DNA of 64,000 bases, from assembly GCF_009834535.1 (NCBI RefSeq), contig NC_045697.1, positions 94,986,001 to 95,050,000 on the forward strand, in the 5' to 3' direction. This DNA comes from Camelus ferus. Lineage: Eukaryota. Below are positions 47,901 to 61,183 of the stretch, piece after piece. Made by a program: the position numbers and the translations under genes. Numbering within the stretch: the stretch's first letter is position 1; each line of letters opens with the position of its first letter. The notes beneath the pieces were generated by a model. It did no database searches and was not told the origin of the DNA. It saw only the letters and a program-made list of their open reading frames with translations.

Positions 47901-50900
47901 TGGGGTCTCTCCTTTCTCCATATTTCTTTTAGTTCTATGAAGTAAAACCATGCTTACAAATAAAAACAATGCATATGTATATATTCATATATGTGTGTGC
48001 ATGTTCACATATATACATATGTATATACCTGTAGTAATCTTACATGTTGTCACAAAAATTTGAAATATCCTTTTTTTCCCAAGTACTTCAAGGACCATTG
48101 AAAGAGTGTTGTAAAGTTGTAAAATAACCTGAAGTTACTTTAGAAAAATTTAGTGTAAAACCAGAGTTAAATTTGATAAATCCTTAAATTATGTATATTT
48201 TAAAAGTCTATAAGAGTTTGACTTGAAAGGAAAGGTATACATATCATTCAAAATAGTCATCTGGTAAATAGATTGACTGAATCCATTGAAGTGGTAAAGC
48301 AACCTATTTGGAAGCTGGCAGATAATAGCAACACTTGAACCCAGGGCATGAATGATAAGAGACTTCCCATTTGGAATAGATTAGTAGTCTCTGTTGGCAT
48401 GTTATTTAAACAGAAAGATGAAAAATTATGCTGTCTATGTGTGTTTCTAGATTTGCCATCTTAGCTAAGTATGTTTAGTAAACAGTCTCAGCCTGCAGAG
48501 AAATTAGCTGACATCATCTTGAAATGCTGATTTCCATTTCCTTAGTGACAAACTATAGAAATGATTCCTGAAAGTATAGTGTCAGTGGACATCTTTAAAT
48601 TTGGGTTCTTAGAATTAAAGATGAGGATGAATGAGTCACTCAAAGATAAATCATCAGTATTTTTGTGCTGGGTTTCAGGAATAATCTTTATTAGTATTTG
48701 AAGTGTACTTAATGTTTAAATTCTGCACTTGTATTAGCTATGAGAAGTAACAGAAACCAGACATTGAAATATTTAAAGATAATCTAAGATTATACATATT
48801 TGTAGGATAACTGACTATGTTAACTGCATGTAGGTAATAGTTAGAATGGTTTTGCTAGATTAGGGTATTTGAAGAAAGTTGAATATATTACATGCATTAA
48901 TTAAGTTTAAATTTCTTAAGACAATTATTTTCTTAAGTGCAAACCCCTCAAAGTGATTCAGAGATAGATGAATTTTATATGGGATAATAAGATTTTCTAA
49001 TTTTGATTTAAAAGTAAAAATTTAGTTTTAAAATTTATTTCAGTAAATTGAATATTAATTTTTTAAAACACAAGAAGGTAAAAAGATTTTTTTGCTTCAA
49101 ATACACCAAAACATAGGTTGACAGGTAGATGCAAAAATATGTAATTTGAATTGATACAATTTCTGACACACTAAGTTATGTTTTGATTCTAAAAACCCTT
49201 TAACAAGTTCATTTGAGATAAACAGAAAAGATTACAACAAATTATTTTGAATATTTTATATATGTTAGCAAAAAATTAAATTTGTATATTGTCATCTCCT
49301 AGCAAATCTGATTACTAAGTGACCATCAATTTTTTCCCATTGTGTCATAATATGTAGCTGTTTCTAGGTGATTTTTTGCAGCCTGGAATCATCCACCATT
49401 ACACATGGTTAGACCATGAGGAATTTTCTTGTAGTCTTTGTCAGATTTTATTATCAGAATAATGCAAATCCTTGAGATGATTTTTTTAAACATTTTGTCA
49501 GTTGAAAATCAAGTATCTGTAAAATTATTAGAAAGTGAATCAAGTTCTAGATGAATATAGCCTGCTATTGAATGAAATTTAGTGTTTGTCATATGATAAC
49601 AAGCTCTATTTACTACGTACGAAGATCCACTGAGGTTCAAGAAGAAAGGATCTTGAACTCACCCCTCCATGGGGGGAGGATCTAGTTGTGCTATAAGAAG
49701 AGCATGTAAGAAGGGAGATAATGTGACCTTATGTGGAAAATACAATTCTTATTAAACATTGTGGAAATGGAGACTCTGAGATGTAAAGCAGAACCTTCCC
49801 CAAATCACAGAATTTAGCAAGCGGCAGACCTAAATAAGTTTTGTACATGTACAGATGATGTCTTTAAAATTTTTATTTTTGAGATTAATATTGAGAGTAA
49901 TAATAATACTGTTCTCATGGATCCTAGTGTAAATGATTCTCATAGGCTGTTGCAGTATTTATTGTACAGTTATATTTAGTTATAAAACAATTATTCTTTA
50001 CAGCCTCGTATTTCATCAACTTAATGTATGTTTACCATAATACAAATGTGCAATACTGTATGATTATGATATTAAGTACTACTCTGGTAAACAAATTGGG
50101 GAACAAGCACAACTAAACCTTCTAAAAATAAAATTAATTGGTAGGACCAAGAGTGTGTTGATTTATTTGAGAATAGGTGAACCATGGGCATCAGTCCACT
50201 GTATTGAGTGAACTGAATGTCAGTTCATTAGGTGAGTTAGTTCAAAGAAGTCAGTTAAGAGCTTTTACTGCATTTGAAAATTTAGGAAGTCACATCATTA
50301 ATTCAAATGTTAGAACCATTGCAGTAAATCACATACACAATAAATTATGTTCTATATGTAGGACTATTTCATTCATATATATATTCATATAAAAATGAAT
50401 TCTGAAGAAATAGTCCACGATTAATTTTTCAGGACTTTTTCTTCAGTAAAGGGTCAACCTTTCCCTTGATGGATAGATAATGTCCTAGATCTTCTGTGGG
50501 TTGACTGAAAATAGTGTCATTCTTATCCGTGCATAAAATAAAGATTATGACCCAACTGTCATGTAACACAAGGGATCATCTGTCTTTCCTTTTTTGAATC
50601 AAGGGATTTTGGCAGGAACATAATATTCCCTTCAAAATCAGTTTGTTCCTTTGACTTTTTTTTATAGACTCCATTTATCTGATTCTGTCTCTTCTACACA
50701 GTCTTTGGGCCTCCAGACTGATTAGATCCTAATTCTTTTGGCATGCTGTTAACATGTCCCACTCAGAATAACTATTAAGCCTTTGCTTTTGCTACTCCCC
50801 TGCAATTTTCTTTCCCTTTCTGTGCTTCATTCCTCTGCTTTGTGATTTTCACCTATTTTGTTTCAAGCTATCTCCTGACAATGTGTTACCACCTCTCTCT

Positions 50901-51710
50901 ATGAATTTGTTTCTTCTCTGCCCAAGTAATTTATTTATGTCTCCTTCTTAACTTCCCTGTCCCACCTCAACTCATGATCTAAACTATTAACTTTTGATGT
51001 AAACACTTTTATTTTGTTTCAACTCACCATGAAATTCAAAAAGATTGAACATTTTATTCTTAGTTATGCAAAAAGTACATTTTCAAGACTAAATGTCTTC
51101 ACCTATAAATACTCATGTTGCAACTACAATAAACCAATATCCAAATATTAAGGGGAATATCTCTTCATCTACTTAGCAGAAAAATTGAATACTTAAAATT
51201 TTTGCTAAGGTAAGCTAAATCATTCATTCAGATTTTTTTCAATCCCAATATTTTTATGCAGTGGTAAAGTTAAAACTGAAATTTAAACAGATTTTCAACA
51301 TCATATATTAGCTAGAGTACAGATTTTATCCAAAGATTTGTAAGTGTTCTCAGGAAAAAAAGTCGGGGCTACAATCAACAAAAATGCATTCTGTGGTGTT
51401 TTGCATCAAAAACATTCTTTCAAAAGGAAATTATAATGAAGTCAAAAATGCAATTGAGGACAATTGATTAAGTCCTTTCCTTTTATCTAATAACTGAGCT
51501 AAATCTTTGAGAACTAAGAGAACTTTTGAGAATTGAACTGAGCTGATAGCTTTGCATACTCATGCTGTCTATAAAAGAGGATGATGGCTTATAGTTTTCA
51601 GATGTTCTCAATCTTCTGCTTTCCACTGTTTTTAGAGGAGTCCATATGTTTACTTATTCAATTCACTACAAAGGAAGTAGATTTCTTTTTCCTAATGTGG
51701 AAAGAATTGT

Positions 51711-52080
51711 TGTGGACTGGGTTACCAGGAAACTAGAATCTGAAATGGAGATCATACTAGCTTTTAGGGAGTTTACCTTCGAATGTTCTTGTATTCACTA
51801 CCTATACAAGGAAGAGAAAAGGACAGACACAGGACTGAAGAGAGGGAAAAAAAAAGAAAAACTGGATTATGCTATAGTCTCAGTAAAGATCTCAGCTGAT
51901 CCCTTTGAAATGAGAGTGGTCCTTCGAAATTATACCAAATTGGGGTGAGGAGACTAGATTTTTGTACTATGTTGAACAGTCATTGGATGAGCAGGTCCTG
52001 GTAAAGAGAAGTGACCTTGGAGGAGGCAATACTTATCAGCAAAAGTGACTTCAGAGAACTTACAGGGGAATCTGGGAGGA
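51711..52080 (-). mobile_element. LTR33-like ERVL LTR
   Basis: 'actgggttaccaggaaac..aatctgaaatggag', 'tctcagctgatccc', 'cagtcattggatg'. Confidence 0.65.
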
Positions 52081-52443
52081 AAACTCCCATCATGAACTGA
52101 AGAAATAATTACTCAAATAAAGTAAAAATAGAAACATTTTAGGAAAAATAATGGCACTGTTCTATAGCTACAGCATCAGTCAGTCATTCAATGTTCTATC
52201 CTTCCCTGCTTCCCACTTTGCCCCTTTCTCTCTTTCTTGCTAGTTCTCTGTTCATATTTCCTTGAAAGCATTTTTGTTACATATTTAAAACACACACAAG
52301 AGTGAACAAACTTTTACAGTGAACAAATATTCTATTCACTTAGATTTTACTTGCTTTTTAAAATTTACTTTTTATTTACATCAGGTAAAATTCACATTTT
52401 TCCGTTGGCCAATATTGTAAATTTTAACAAATTCATGGAGTAG

Positions 52444-52805
52444 TGTCTTCTTCAGGCTGCTACACAGAATATCATACACTGGCTGCCTTATAAACAAGAG
52501 AAATTTATTTCTCCTAATTCTGGATAGATGGGAAGTCCAAAAATCAAGGCCCTGTTTTTAGAGTCCATCGTTTTGCTATCTGGTGAAGGCCCACTTCCTC
52601 ACTAATAGCCTTAGTCCCCCTATAACCTCACAAGGTGAAAGAGGCAAAGGAGCTTTTGGGCCTTTTTTATACAAGTGAAAAATCTCACTTATGAGGGCTT
52701 TACCTTTATAACCTAATCACCTGCCAAAGGACCCCACTTTCTAACACTATCACCTTGAAAGTTAAGATTTCAACATATGAACCTGGAGGGGGGTAGATAT
52801 TGAGC
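52444..52805 (-). mobile_element. MLT1A-like MaLR 3' LTR
   Basis: 'ttcaggctgctacacagaatatcatacactgg...ttataaacaagagaaatttatttctc...aacctaatcacctgccaaagg...tttcaacatatgaa'. Confidence 0.88.
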
Positions 52806-53110
52806 ATTCTGCCCCTGGCCATCCAAAATCCATGTTCTTCCCATATGCAAAATACATTTAATCCATCCTAAAAACCACTAAGCCTTAGCTCATTCCAGCA
52901 TCAACTCAAAAGCATGAAGTCCAAGTCTTGTCTGAATATCATCTAAACTTGACATGGGTGTAACTCAAGATGTGATTCATTCAGAGGCAAATTGCTCTCC
53001 AGCTGTGAATCTGTGAAATAAAACATGTTATGTGCTTCCAAAATGCAATGGTATGACAGGCAGAGGAAAGTCACTCCCATACCAAAAGAGGGAAGTACAA
53101 AAAGAAGAAA
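52806..53110 (-). mobile_element. MaLR (MLT1) internal 3' end with PPT
   Basis: Minus strand 'gagttgatgctggaatgagctaag...aatgtattttgcatatgggaagaacatggattttggatggccaggggcagaa' abuts the LTR. Confidence 0.82.
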
Positions 53111-53850
53111 GCATGCGGAGCTCAAGGTGGCTGGGGGGAAGGCTTAACTTACAGTTCAGTGAATGATTGTATCTGCTGGTGAAGCATTCCTGCCTCTGAA
53201 ACTAAGACTTCTAGCCAGCAGAACATAAATTCATAGGCACAGGAAGCAGAATTTTTGCTAGTGGGACAACTAGGGGTAATAGTGAATGGTACTACTTCCA
53301 TTTCTATTCCTTGATTTTTAGACCTATGAGCCCTGGCTTTGGGAGAAACAGCATTGTGTATTGGACTCTGATTCAGAGCATACATGGTTTTCTGGAGACC
53401 CTTTTTTCAGCTCTGCAAGGTGGTGCCACCTAGCTGATGTTGTAACTGAGTCTCAAAAAGGTCATTCCACCAGCTGCTGCAGAATAGTGGGGACATGGAA
53501 AGACCCTACTTTTCTGTGAGTTCTATGAGCATGGGCCTATTGCCTCACTTCTTTTGCTATGAATAGTTCTTTGATCAAAAACAATGTTGTGTGGAGTACC
53601 ATGATGGTGGATAAGGCATTCTCTGACCCCAAAACTGATAGTTTGGGCAGAAGCATTGCATGCAGGGAAGATAAATCCATATGCAGTGTATCTACTCCAT
53701 TAAAGACAAAATGCTGCCCGTTCTATAATAGAAGCATTCCAATGTAATCAGCCCACCATCAGGTAGCTGGTTGATTGCCCTGGGAAACTGTGCCATACTG
53801 AGGACCCTGTTGGTCTCCACTGCTGGCAGATTGAGCACTTACTAACCACA
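53111..53850 (-). pseudogene. pol: Decayed ERV-L pol: integrase core/C-terminus and start of dUTPase
   Basis: Minus-strand peptides include QYGTVSQGNQPAT, ECLIHHHGTPHNI, WNDLFETQLQHQLGG, YALNQSPIHNAVSPKARAHRSKNQGIEMEVVPFTITP and LEVLVSEAGML, collinear with HERV-L/MuERV-L pol as I recall it. Confidence 0.85.
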
Positions 53851-54109
53851 GCTAAATTTCTCTCTCTTTTACTTTCAATGCCCTCACATTAACAGATGAT
53901 ACCCTATGAGGATGAGAATTTAACTTGCAGTATAATTCAGCCCATCACAGGATGAGATTATGTATTTAATTTTTAGCAATTTTAGTTCTGTGACTTCAGG
54001 AGATAAGGCATATCCAGAAACTCTTAGGTTATTTTGGGGAGCTTCGTGGGGAATTTGAATCCCTGAGTTCATCCTTTCCTTTCACCACTATGTTCAGAGA
54101 CATTAGGAG

Positions 54110-54489
54110 TGTTGACCTGAAACAAATAGACTTGTCTGTTATTTCTACAGCAAAAATGGGTTTATTTGGAATCAGCAGAGGATTGCAATTTGGGGACTGC
54201 AACCATGGTGAGTCATGTGCAAGTTCCCTGCAAAAATGGAGAATTCTTACATAGAAGGGAAGAGGAAGTTGAGAGGGTGATAGTAAACAGACTCTATTGG
54301 AGGAATTGAGAGTTCAAAGCATAGTGCCTTTTCATTGGTTGACTTGTGACAGTTTCTCATTGGCTGAGCTCTTCCCAGGCAAATAGAGGAAGTCTCTTCC
54401 TGTTGGAGTCCGCTATAGTAGGGTGAGAGCTCTTCCTTCTTGTCTCCTGGCTCTATCCTACTGAGGTTTCTGTTTATTAATGTTTTACA
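54110..54489 (-). mobile_element. ERV1-type solo LTR (about 380 bp)
   Basis: TG...CA termini, 4-bp TSD-like ggag/gaag, minus-strand AATAAA ('gtttattt') and repeated CCAAT boxes ('attgg'). Confidence 0.75.
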
Positions 54490-54789
54490 GAAGAAATCAA
54501 CAAAGGGCATTATATTCCTTTGTTTCTAAAAATGTTCTTGCTTCTTATGAGAGGTAGATTAGGACTATCTGACACATATTTCAAGTAACTCTATAGACAG
54601 TCAGTGTTCTTTTACTACCGAAAATGGATTCATTATTATCTGTAAATCTAATCAGATTAGAGAGTCAATTCCAGAAACCCCAAAACTAGTTCAGAAAACT
54701 CATCCTCAATTCAGTTCCTCTAGAACCACTCTCATTAACAAAACAGTCTCCTTTTATCTAAAATGCCCTCATAATGCTTTTTTTTTTAA

Positions 54790-54990
54790 GTTCAACTTTA
54801 CCTCTTCTTCCAGACACAAGCAATTGCTGATCTATTCTCTAACACCATTGTTTTGCTTTTTCCAGAGTGTTGTATGTGGAATTCTACAGTATATAAGTCT
54901 TTGAATCTGACATCTTTCATCTAGCATAATGCTTTGAGATCATCCATCTTTTTTGCTTCTGTAAATAGTTTGTTCCTTTTCAATAGTGTG
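54790..54990 (-). mobile_element. L1ME 3'UTR fragment (continues the piece at about 52360-52443)
   Basis: 'ctgatctattctct..cattgttttgctttttccagag...tagcataatgctttgagatcatccat'. Confidence 0.7.
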
Positions 54991-55059
54991 TTTCTTTCAA
55001 ATTAAAGCCATTTGGCAATGAAGCCTCAGAAAGACAGTTTGCAGCCTCCTAGCTCTGCT

Positions 55060-55330
55060 TGGCATTAATGATCTGCACATAGAACCAAATTCAGAAAGCT
55101 GGGACAAAATAGAAACGTAAATGATTCAGTAGACTTAAAATAATTTAACTAGACAAGTATAACATGGTGTTACAAATATGAGTGCACTTTTATATATGTG
55201 GACAAATTATATGTATTCCAATCATCAGTAGGGTCATACAATTCAGTGGCTTGTATCAGCAGCCAAAAAAAGGTAATTGCTTTAGGCTGTATTATTTTGA
55301 ACAAGGGGGCTGATAGAACTTTTTTTTAAT
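55060..55330 (+). mobile_element. CR1/L3 LINE fragment
   Basis: 'aatttaactagacaagtataa' and 'gcagccaaaaaaaggtaattgctttaggctgtatt' resemble the L3 RT region. Confidence 0.45.
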
Positions 55331-56429
55331 TCTTTTGCCACAATTAAAGGAGAGTATTTAGAAGACAAGACCCAGGATTTCAAACAGATTCAAAACTTGT
55401 TAAATAAAATAAAATTATACTAAAAATCTCCAACCCCACAATAACAGCTAAAAACCTGAGAACAGGATTAGCACATTTATGGGATAACTTGGGAATCTCT
55501 TTTTGCTCTGTGAAACTATAGTTCTAAATTGAGTCTTACAGTGAAATTGTTTTGAACATGGAATGTTTCTTTAATAGCATTTACTCAGTTCACATTTTAT
55601 ATGAGCCCAATGAGGAACAGATTACCAGGTACCTGTTTAACAATAGTGAAAAAGAAGGACATTGCTCTTTGAGGAAAATTATTTACCTTCAAGTTGGACA
55701 CAACTGCCACACTGTAACTCTATGGGATCCAAGACAACTATTGTAAACTCATGTATAAACTGGTATTATGGCAACATCTTTTCCAAATACAAAAAGTAGG
55801 AATGAAAATTTCTCATAAATAAGTAACAGTACTATCATGAGGTTAATGAAACAACAGGGATGATCTTGCACAGCTAATTGGTTTGGGTCCCCAGGCATCC
55901 TTCCATTCAACTCAAACGCATTCCAGTCCTTCTTGGTGTTGGGCATATCCTGGTTATGTTATCTGCTTTTTTTTTTCGGTTTAATACATATGGGGTATAA
56001 TACTGTGCTCTGCTTTGATTGGGGCTTCCATGGCAGTGGCAGTAATTCCAGGAATGTCTCAGCTGATTTATGAGTATTTATGGGACACTCCACTGGTAAG
56101 TTAGGCTGAAGGAAAACTAAAGAACAAGGAATCACCCACTGGCTCCTTAATTCCCAAAAGGGTGCCTAACCTTCCCTCTCCTTCTATACAAAATGAGAAC
56201 TGTGTTCTATCCTCGTTATTAAAGGGGGCAGGTTATTGGACAGAGTAGTGCTGCTACAGTTGGACTGTGTTGGAATTTCTCTAGGTTTTAAGGTATAATA
56301 TTAACAAATCATAAATAGGGGCACACTATTTTTCAGTTTTTGAGGAGTTAATAAAATAAGGCCCATTAGTTTGTAAAGCAATGTCCACAAAATAGTATAT
56401 AATAAAGACTTTAGTTTCTTAATATAATA

Positions 56430-56645
56430 ACCAAAGCTTACTGAGAACATACTAGAAGCCAGATATTTTCCAAAGTACTTTTACATTTTAGTTCATTTAA
56501 TCATTATAAAAAATCTGTGATGGAGGTATTATTATCCCCATTTGAGAAGTAGGAATAAGGAAGAGAGAGAATGAATATTTGTCTAAGACCATCTAGGCAA
56601 ATAAATTTGAGATCAGGAACTTCAATATGGGACTTCACTCTTACT
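56430..56645 (-). mobile_element. MIR SINE
   Basis: 'cttactgagaacatact...tcatttaatcattataa...ggtattattatccccattt'. Confidence 0.8.
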
Positions 56646-56649
56646 AGCT

Positions 56650-57495
56650 GTGAAGACAGGGTGAGCACACACGTATGTAAAAAGGGCTTTCATGCAGAGA
56701 AGGGATTAGGTTACTTCTGTGAACTCAATGTGAGACTGGAGTTGATTGTTGTGGTGGTGAACAGCGGGCATACTTATGAACAATAAGTGAAATTTACTGG
56801 AAGGCATTTTGACTCAAGAAGTTGTTTTCTAACATTTTTAACAGTTAAGTTTTTGTCGAGCAGAACATGCACCAGTTACCGATCCAAGCAGAGGACTCTA
56901 AACACTCTGCCCAACAAATCTTGGTGTTAGAGCCACCAAGGAAAACACCTGCAGTCAAGCACTGCATGGAACAACGCTTTACTTACAAAGAGAGGAGACA
57001 GATCAAGATCAGCTTCAATAGTGAGCCTCATTTCCTCATGGCCAGTGGGTCTCTTGTGATAGTCGTTGCAGGGCAAGTTGCACCACTCTTATGTTGCAGT
57101 GAAAGGAACCTTGCCAAGGACAGATACAGCAGTGGGTCTGTTCAGGTGCCATATGATGCACATGCTTTAAGCAGCAACAAAATAGCACTCATTTGGCCTA
57201 AAACAGGGGAAAATATTGCCATACAAGGTGATAAGCCTAGCACATGTCCTAGGCCCATTCTTGTGCAGCTGAATGTGGGTGGAAATCCAGCTCACACATG
57301 AGACTGTCTTTCCCAATCTTTTATTTTTTTAATAGTTTTGTTAGTAACATAATTATTAAAATTGTCTCAGAAGGTCATGTGTTATTGGGCTTATTAGAGC
57401 CCATAGTAAGTGGCTTAGAGGCAGAGATATTTTAGAAGAGATTCCAGAATTTGCATTAATAAATGGTAAAATCCCTTCTAATTCTGACATTCAAA
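56650..57495 (+). mobile_element. CR1/L3 3' portion split by an LTR
   Basis: 'aagggctttcatgcagagaagggattag', 'ggaaggcattttgactcaa..ttttctaaca'; after the LTR, the tail 'tcccttctaattctgacattc'. Confidence 0.65.
56854..57317 (-). mobile_element. ERVL solo LTR (MER70/MER76-like)
   Basis: 'tgtcgagcagaacatgcaccagttacc..ccaagc..aggactct...cagtcaagc...gctttacttac'; GC-richer block ending 'tgtctttcccaa'. Confidence 0.6.
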
Positions 57496-57839
57496 AGCTT
57501 GCATGTAGAGATTGAAAATCATACAGTTTTCATTTTAAAAACAGCTGAGATTCAGAAGTAAATGATTTTGTAATGACTTATAAGTTATTGTATGTGTATA
57601 TGTGCATAGATGTCCAAATAACATAATAGTATGTGTATGCATGTGTGTGTGCATTTTTTAACAAAAGGAGAAACTTGTTCTAATTTTCATTGAGAAACTT
57701 GTTCTCATTGTGGGAACCTTAATAATAACATATTCTTCTATTTTTCAAAATGAGCTATTAGCAGTTATCTTTCATTTAAACTTGATGGTGACTCTGAGAA
57801 TTTGCAGTATGTTTTCTCTAAAATATCTATCTCTTTTAC

Positions 57840-58125
57840 CTACTTGACAAGCCCTTATCTGTCATTCAAGAGAGAAGTAAAATGTCTCATATTTCTTGAA
57901 GCCTTCCACGACTCTCTTCTTAATCTCCAGGTAAAAATATTCAGTATTTTTATCTTGCCCCCCAATTCATTATATTTCTTTTATTAAATTGATATTTCGT
58001 ATTTTTACATTAAACTATGAGATTCAAAGAGACAAAAACAGATCTCTTTTACATTTGCTACAATGGCACCTAGCATGGTGCCCAGAATTTTAAAATCCAC
58101 AAAAGTTTGTTCAGTGAATGAACTA
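57840..58125 (+). mobile_element. L2 3' end
   Basis: 'gaagccttccacgact' and tail 'gcacctagcatggtgccca...aagtttgttcagtgaatgaa'. Confidence 0.7.
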
Positions 58126-59119
58126 ATAATGAAACAGAGTGATAACCCAATACATATTTCTTTCCTTGCATCATTTACTCCATACTTATCCTTAAAATGC
58201 ATGCTTTGGATCATGATATTTCCATTTTATACTTTCTGCTAACATCTACATTAATTTTCAGTCCCATATTTTGAGATACAAATTCCCTAGATTTTTTTCT
58301 TGTTCTCTCTGCTTGTGGCGTTTATACTACATCGCCAGCTATCACATTTCTGACCCAAGTCCTGAGATTGCACAATCCAAGGATTTACACCTAAAGTGAG
58401 AAATTGCCTGTTGTATCTCTATTTACACCATATTCCATAATGGGGCTACTATTAATTATCATAATGATGATTTTGAACATAAATGGAGATTATATCACTG
58501 AACATATTTTAGAATCTTTTTCTCTGTTGATTTCTGAGGGTGAGCATCTGGTGTATTGTTCTTCTGCTTTGGCTATCATGTTATTTAAAGGGCTCTGTGG
58601 CATAAGGGTGGGAGGGCAATTCAGAATTTCTTTCAGTGCATTTCCCACAAATATCATCACCATATGCAGACTGTGTATTAGATAAGGCAAGTTAGTCATG
58701 TAGTGAATTATAACAAGCAAGCTGATAGACATTCTGACACCTAGAGAAAGTAGGAAATAAAATAGCTGAAAAAAAGCTAACTGGTATTTGGTACCTATTT
58801 TTAAAACAATGTAAAAAAGTCATCAACTATATTTTAAATTGTATTGCTTAAAACAAATACTATAATACTGTTTATTGAAGTATTAGATTTTATACATTTA
58901 AATCCTTGTATCACTTCATATATATTATTATCATATTGTGCACTCAGAATTGACAACCTTTTATCTTGAGATACACCTATTTTAGCCTGCTAAAAACCTA
59001 CATTCCAATAATGGAAATTTAAAAAGAGAAGTTTTTAATACATAATCTCACAAAATATAGTTTTATGCCTGAAAATGTGCAGAATTAATTGATTTATTGT
59101 TATAATAAAATAAATTTCA

Positions 59120-59790
59120 ATATCTAATTCAACAAACATTAATAAAGCAAATAGTTTCAAGACGTCATGTTAGACACTCAAGATCCGAAGGTAAATGTGT
59201 ATGTTTGCTCTCAATATGCTTTCGAAATACTAAACTGAATGAAAACAAATTCAGTATATTTAATGTAACAGATTTGTTCTAAGCAAAGTAAATATAAGTG
59301 CAATGGGAAAATTTAAAATATTGCGATTGCTTTAGGATGGAGAAATGAAGTTATAGTTTAAGAAATATGTCACATTTGAGCTTCAGCAGTTGAAAAATGG
59401 AAAAAAAATAGGACTTCCCATCAGTGTTGTGAATTTGCATGGAGTATGTAGGGAATATCAAATTGCCCAGTGTAATTGGAGTATTGCTTGAGAGATGGTA
59501 AACAGATTATAAAGAGTTATTGTCATAATTAGGAATCCAAACTTGTGAGCTTCTAGGGGCTTATTCTGAACTGGGTAATAAGATCTGAGTCTACTTTAGA
59601 AGAATCATTTTGGTGACCATATGTAGGATGGCCTTGGTTAGAGGGAAAGGATGGTGACCTTGAGGGCAAGCATACTGTGAGAACATAATCTAGCAGATCA
59701 GAGCTGAAAGAGTAAGAGCCTAACAGCACAGTGCTAGTGCAATGGAAAGGAGGTCACAGATTTGAATAGAACTTTCCGGTCCTCAGAATG
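59120..59790 (-). mobile_element. L2 fragment
   Basis: 'attcaacaaacattaataaagc..atagtttcaagacgtcatgttagacac' and 'tttagaagaatcattttgg'. Confidence 0.6.
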
Positions 59791-59989
59791 GTTAATAGCA
59801 TGAATCAATCCTTCACATGACAATTGGAATTTTTTGCTGTTATCTTGTTTTTCAACTTTAGTAGTATTATGATAATGCCTAGCATGAAATAAAATGAAAC
59901 CTTGCATTCTATGGCTTCTGCTTCTCTTACCTAATCTCAATTACAAAAGGTCCAAGGATCTTAGCCTGGGCCTGATTGGACCATATCTT

Positions 59990-60370
59990 TCCCATTCTAG
60001 GACTTCTAGCATATTGGCCTGTCTTGAGAGCTCCAAACCCCACCTTCTCTCCTCGGAGTCTCTTTCTCATACCTTCACATATTTTCTTACATGTTGCTTT
60101 TCCAGAGGTTTCTTCCTCATTCAATAAATGTAAATGTCTCATACTCAGAAAAATCTCATTTTGTTTTTACTTAATATTCACCCTAATTTAAAACTATTCT
60201 TGTTTATGGTTGCTTTAGTAATATCCATCTCCCTCACTGGACTTCATTACACGTTAGGATAGAGTCCATATCTGCCTTGTGCATCCAGAATCTAGCTCTA
60301 CAGTTAACAAATATTAAATAAACATTAAATAAATATTGCATAAATTGTAAATGAATCAATAAATGAGATA
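59990..60370 (+). mobile_element. L2 3' end
   Basis: 'ccatctccctcactggact...agtccatatctgccttg..catccagaatctagc...aaataaatattgcataaat'. Confidence 0.65.
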
Positions 60371-60625
60371 CTGAAATAGCATGAGGAATGCACTGGGGAA
60401 AAGAATGTGTTTTGTTCTGAATGTTTAGACTATGAGACGCTTACATCCTCAGTATTTTCGGCATTGTCCTAATCAGCCCACCATGATCTGAGTATTTACT
60501 TGCAGGCAAACCAAAAGCACTATATACCAGTTTTTATTTTATCCTCACAATATTGAAAACATAAGATTTAGAGATTAAGTAATGATTCTAAAATCAAAAA
60601 ACCAGAAAGTGAAAGATTGTGATTT

Positions 60626-60826
60626 TTAATATATTTTTATTGAAGTATAGTCAGTTTACAATATTGTGTCAATTTCTGGTGTACAGCACAATACTTCAGT
60701 CATATAGGAACATACATATATTCATTTTATATTCTTTTTAATCATAAGTTACTATAAGATATTGAATATTGTTCCCTGTGCTATACAGTATAAACTTGTT
60801 GTTTATCTATTTTATGTGTAGTAGTT
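60626..60826 (-). mobile_element. Short young L1 3' end (camelid-like) inserted into a MIR
   Basis: 'tttattgaagtatagtcagtttacaat..tgtgtcaatttctggtgtacagc'; TSD aagattgtgattt (60613-60625) and aagattgtaattt (60827-60839); MIR sequence on both sides. Confidence 0.85.
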
Positions 60827-61183
60827 AAGATTGTAATTTAAATTCAGGTTTTTCTAACTCAAAAATCCACTCTCTCTACTGCTATGATATAGTGTTAGAG
60901 TTTTAAGACAATCTAAACCTATAAAATGTATTGATTTTGAAATTATACAAGCAAGAGAAGACACAAAAATTGCTAGCAATGCAGAGCAAAAGATTAATTT
61001 ATAGGTAAAATTTATACCAAATATATAATAATTTTTATTATAAAAGTAATATGTGAATTAATGGCAATGGGTAGAAACAAAACTCAAACAATTGGATGCG
61101 TATACAAAGTTCTCACATTTCTCTCTCCTACATAAGTAACTGTGGTTAAATTTTAGTGTATACAGTTGTGGATATGTGTAGAT

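Noticed and set aside
48430..48475. 18-nt microexon-like 'tttctag|atttgccatcttagctaa|gtatgt'
   Set aside because: Weak splice sites, stops in two of three frames, and no further support.
55950..56290. GC-richer block that might be an ancient LTR (Gypsy-like) fragment
   Set aside because: I could not identify termini, a TSD or a family motif with confidence.
56867..57301. 144-aa ATG-initiated ORF
   Set aside because: It lies wholly within an ERVL-type LTR, antisense to it, with no recognisable domain.
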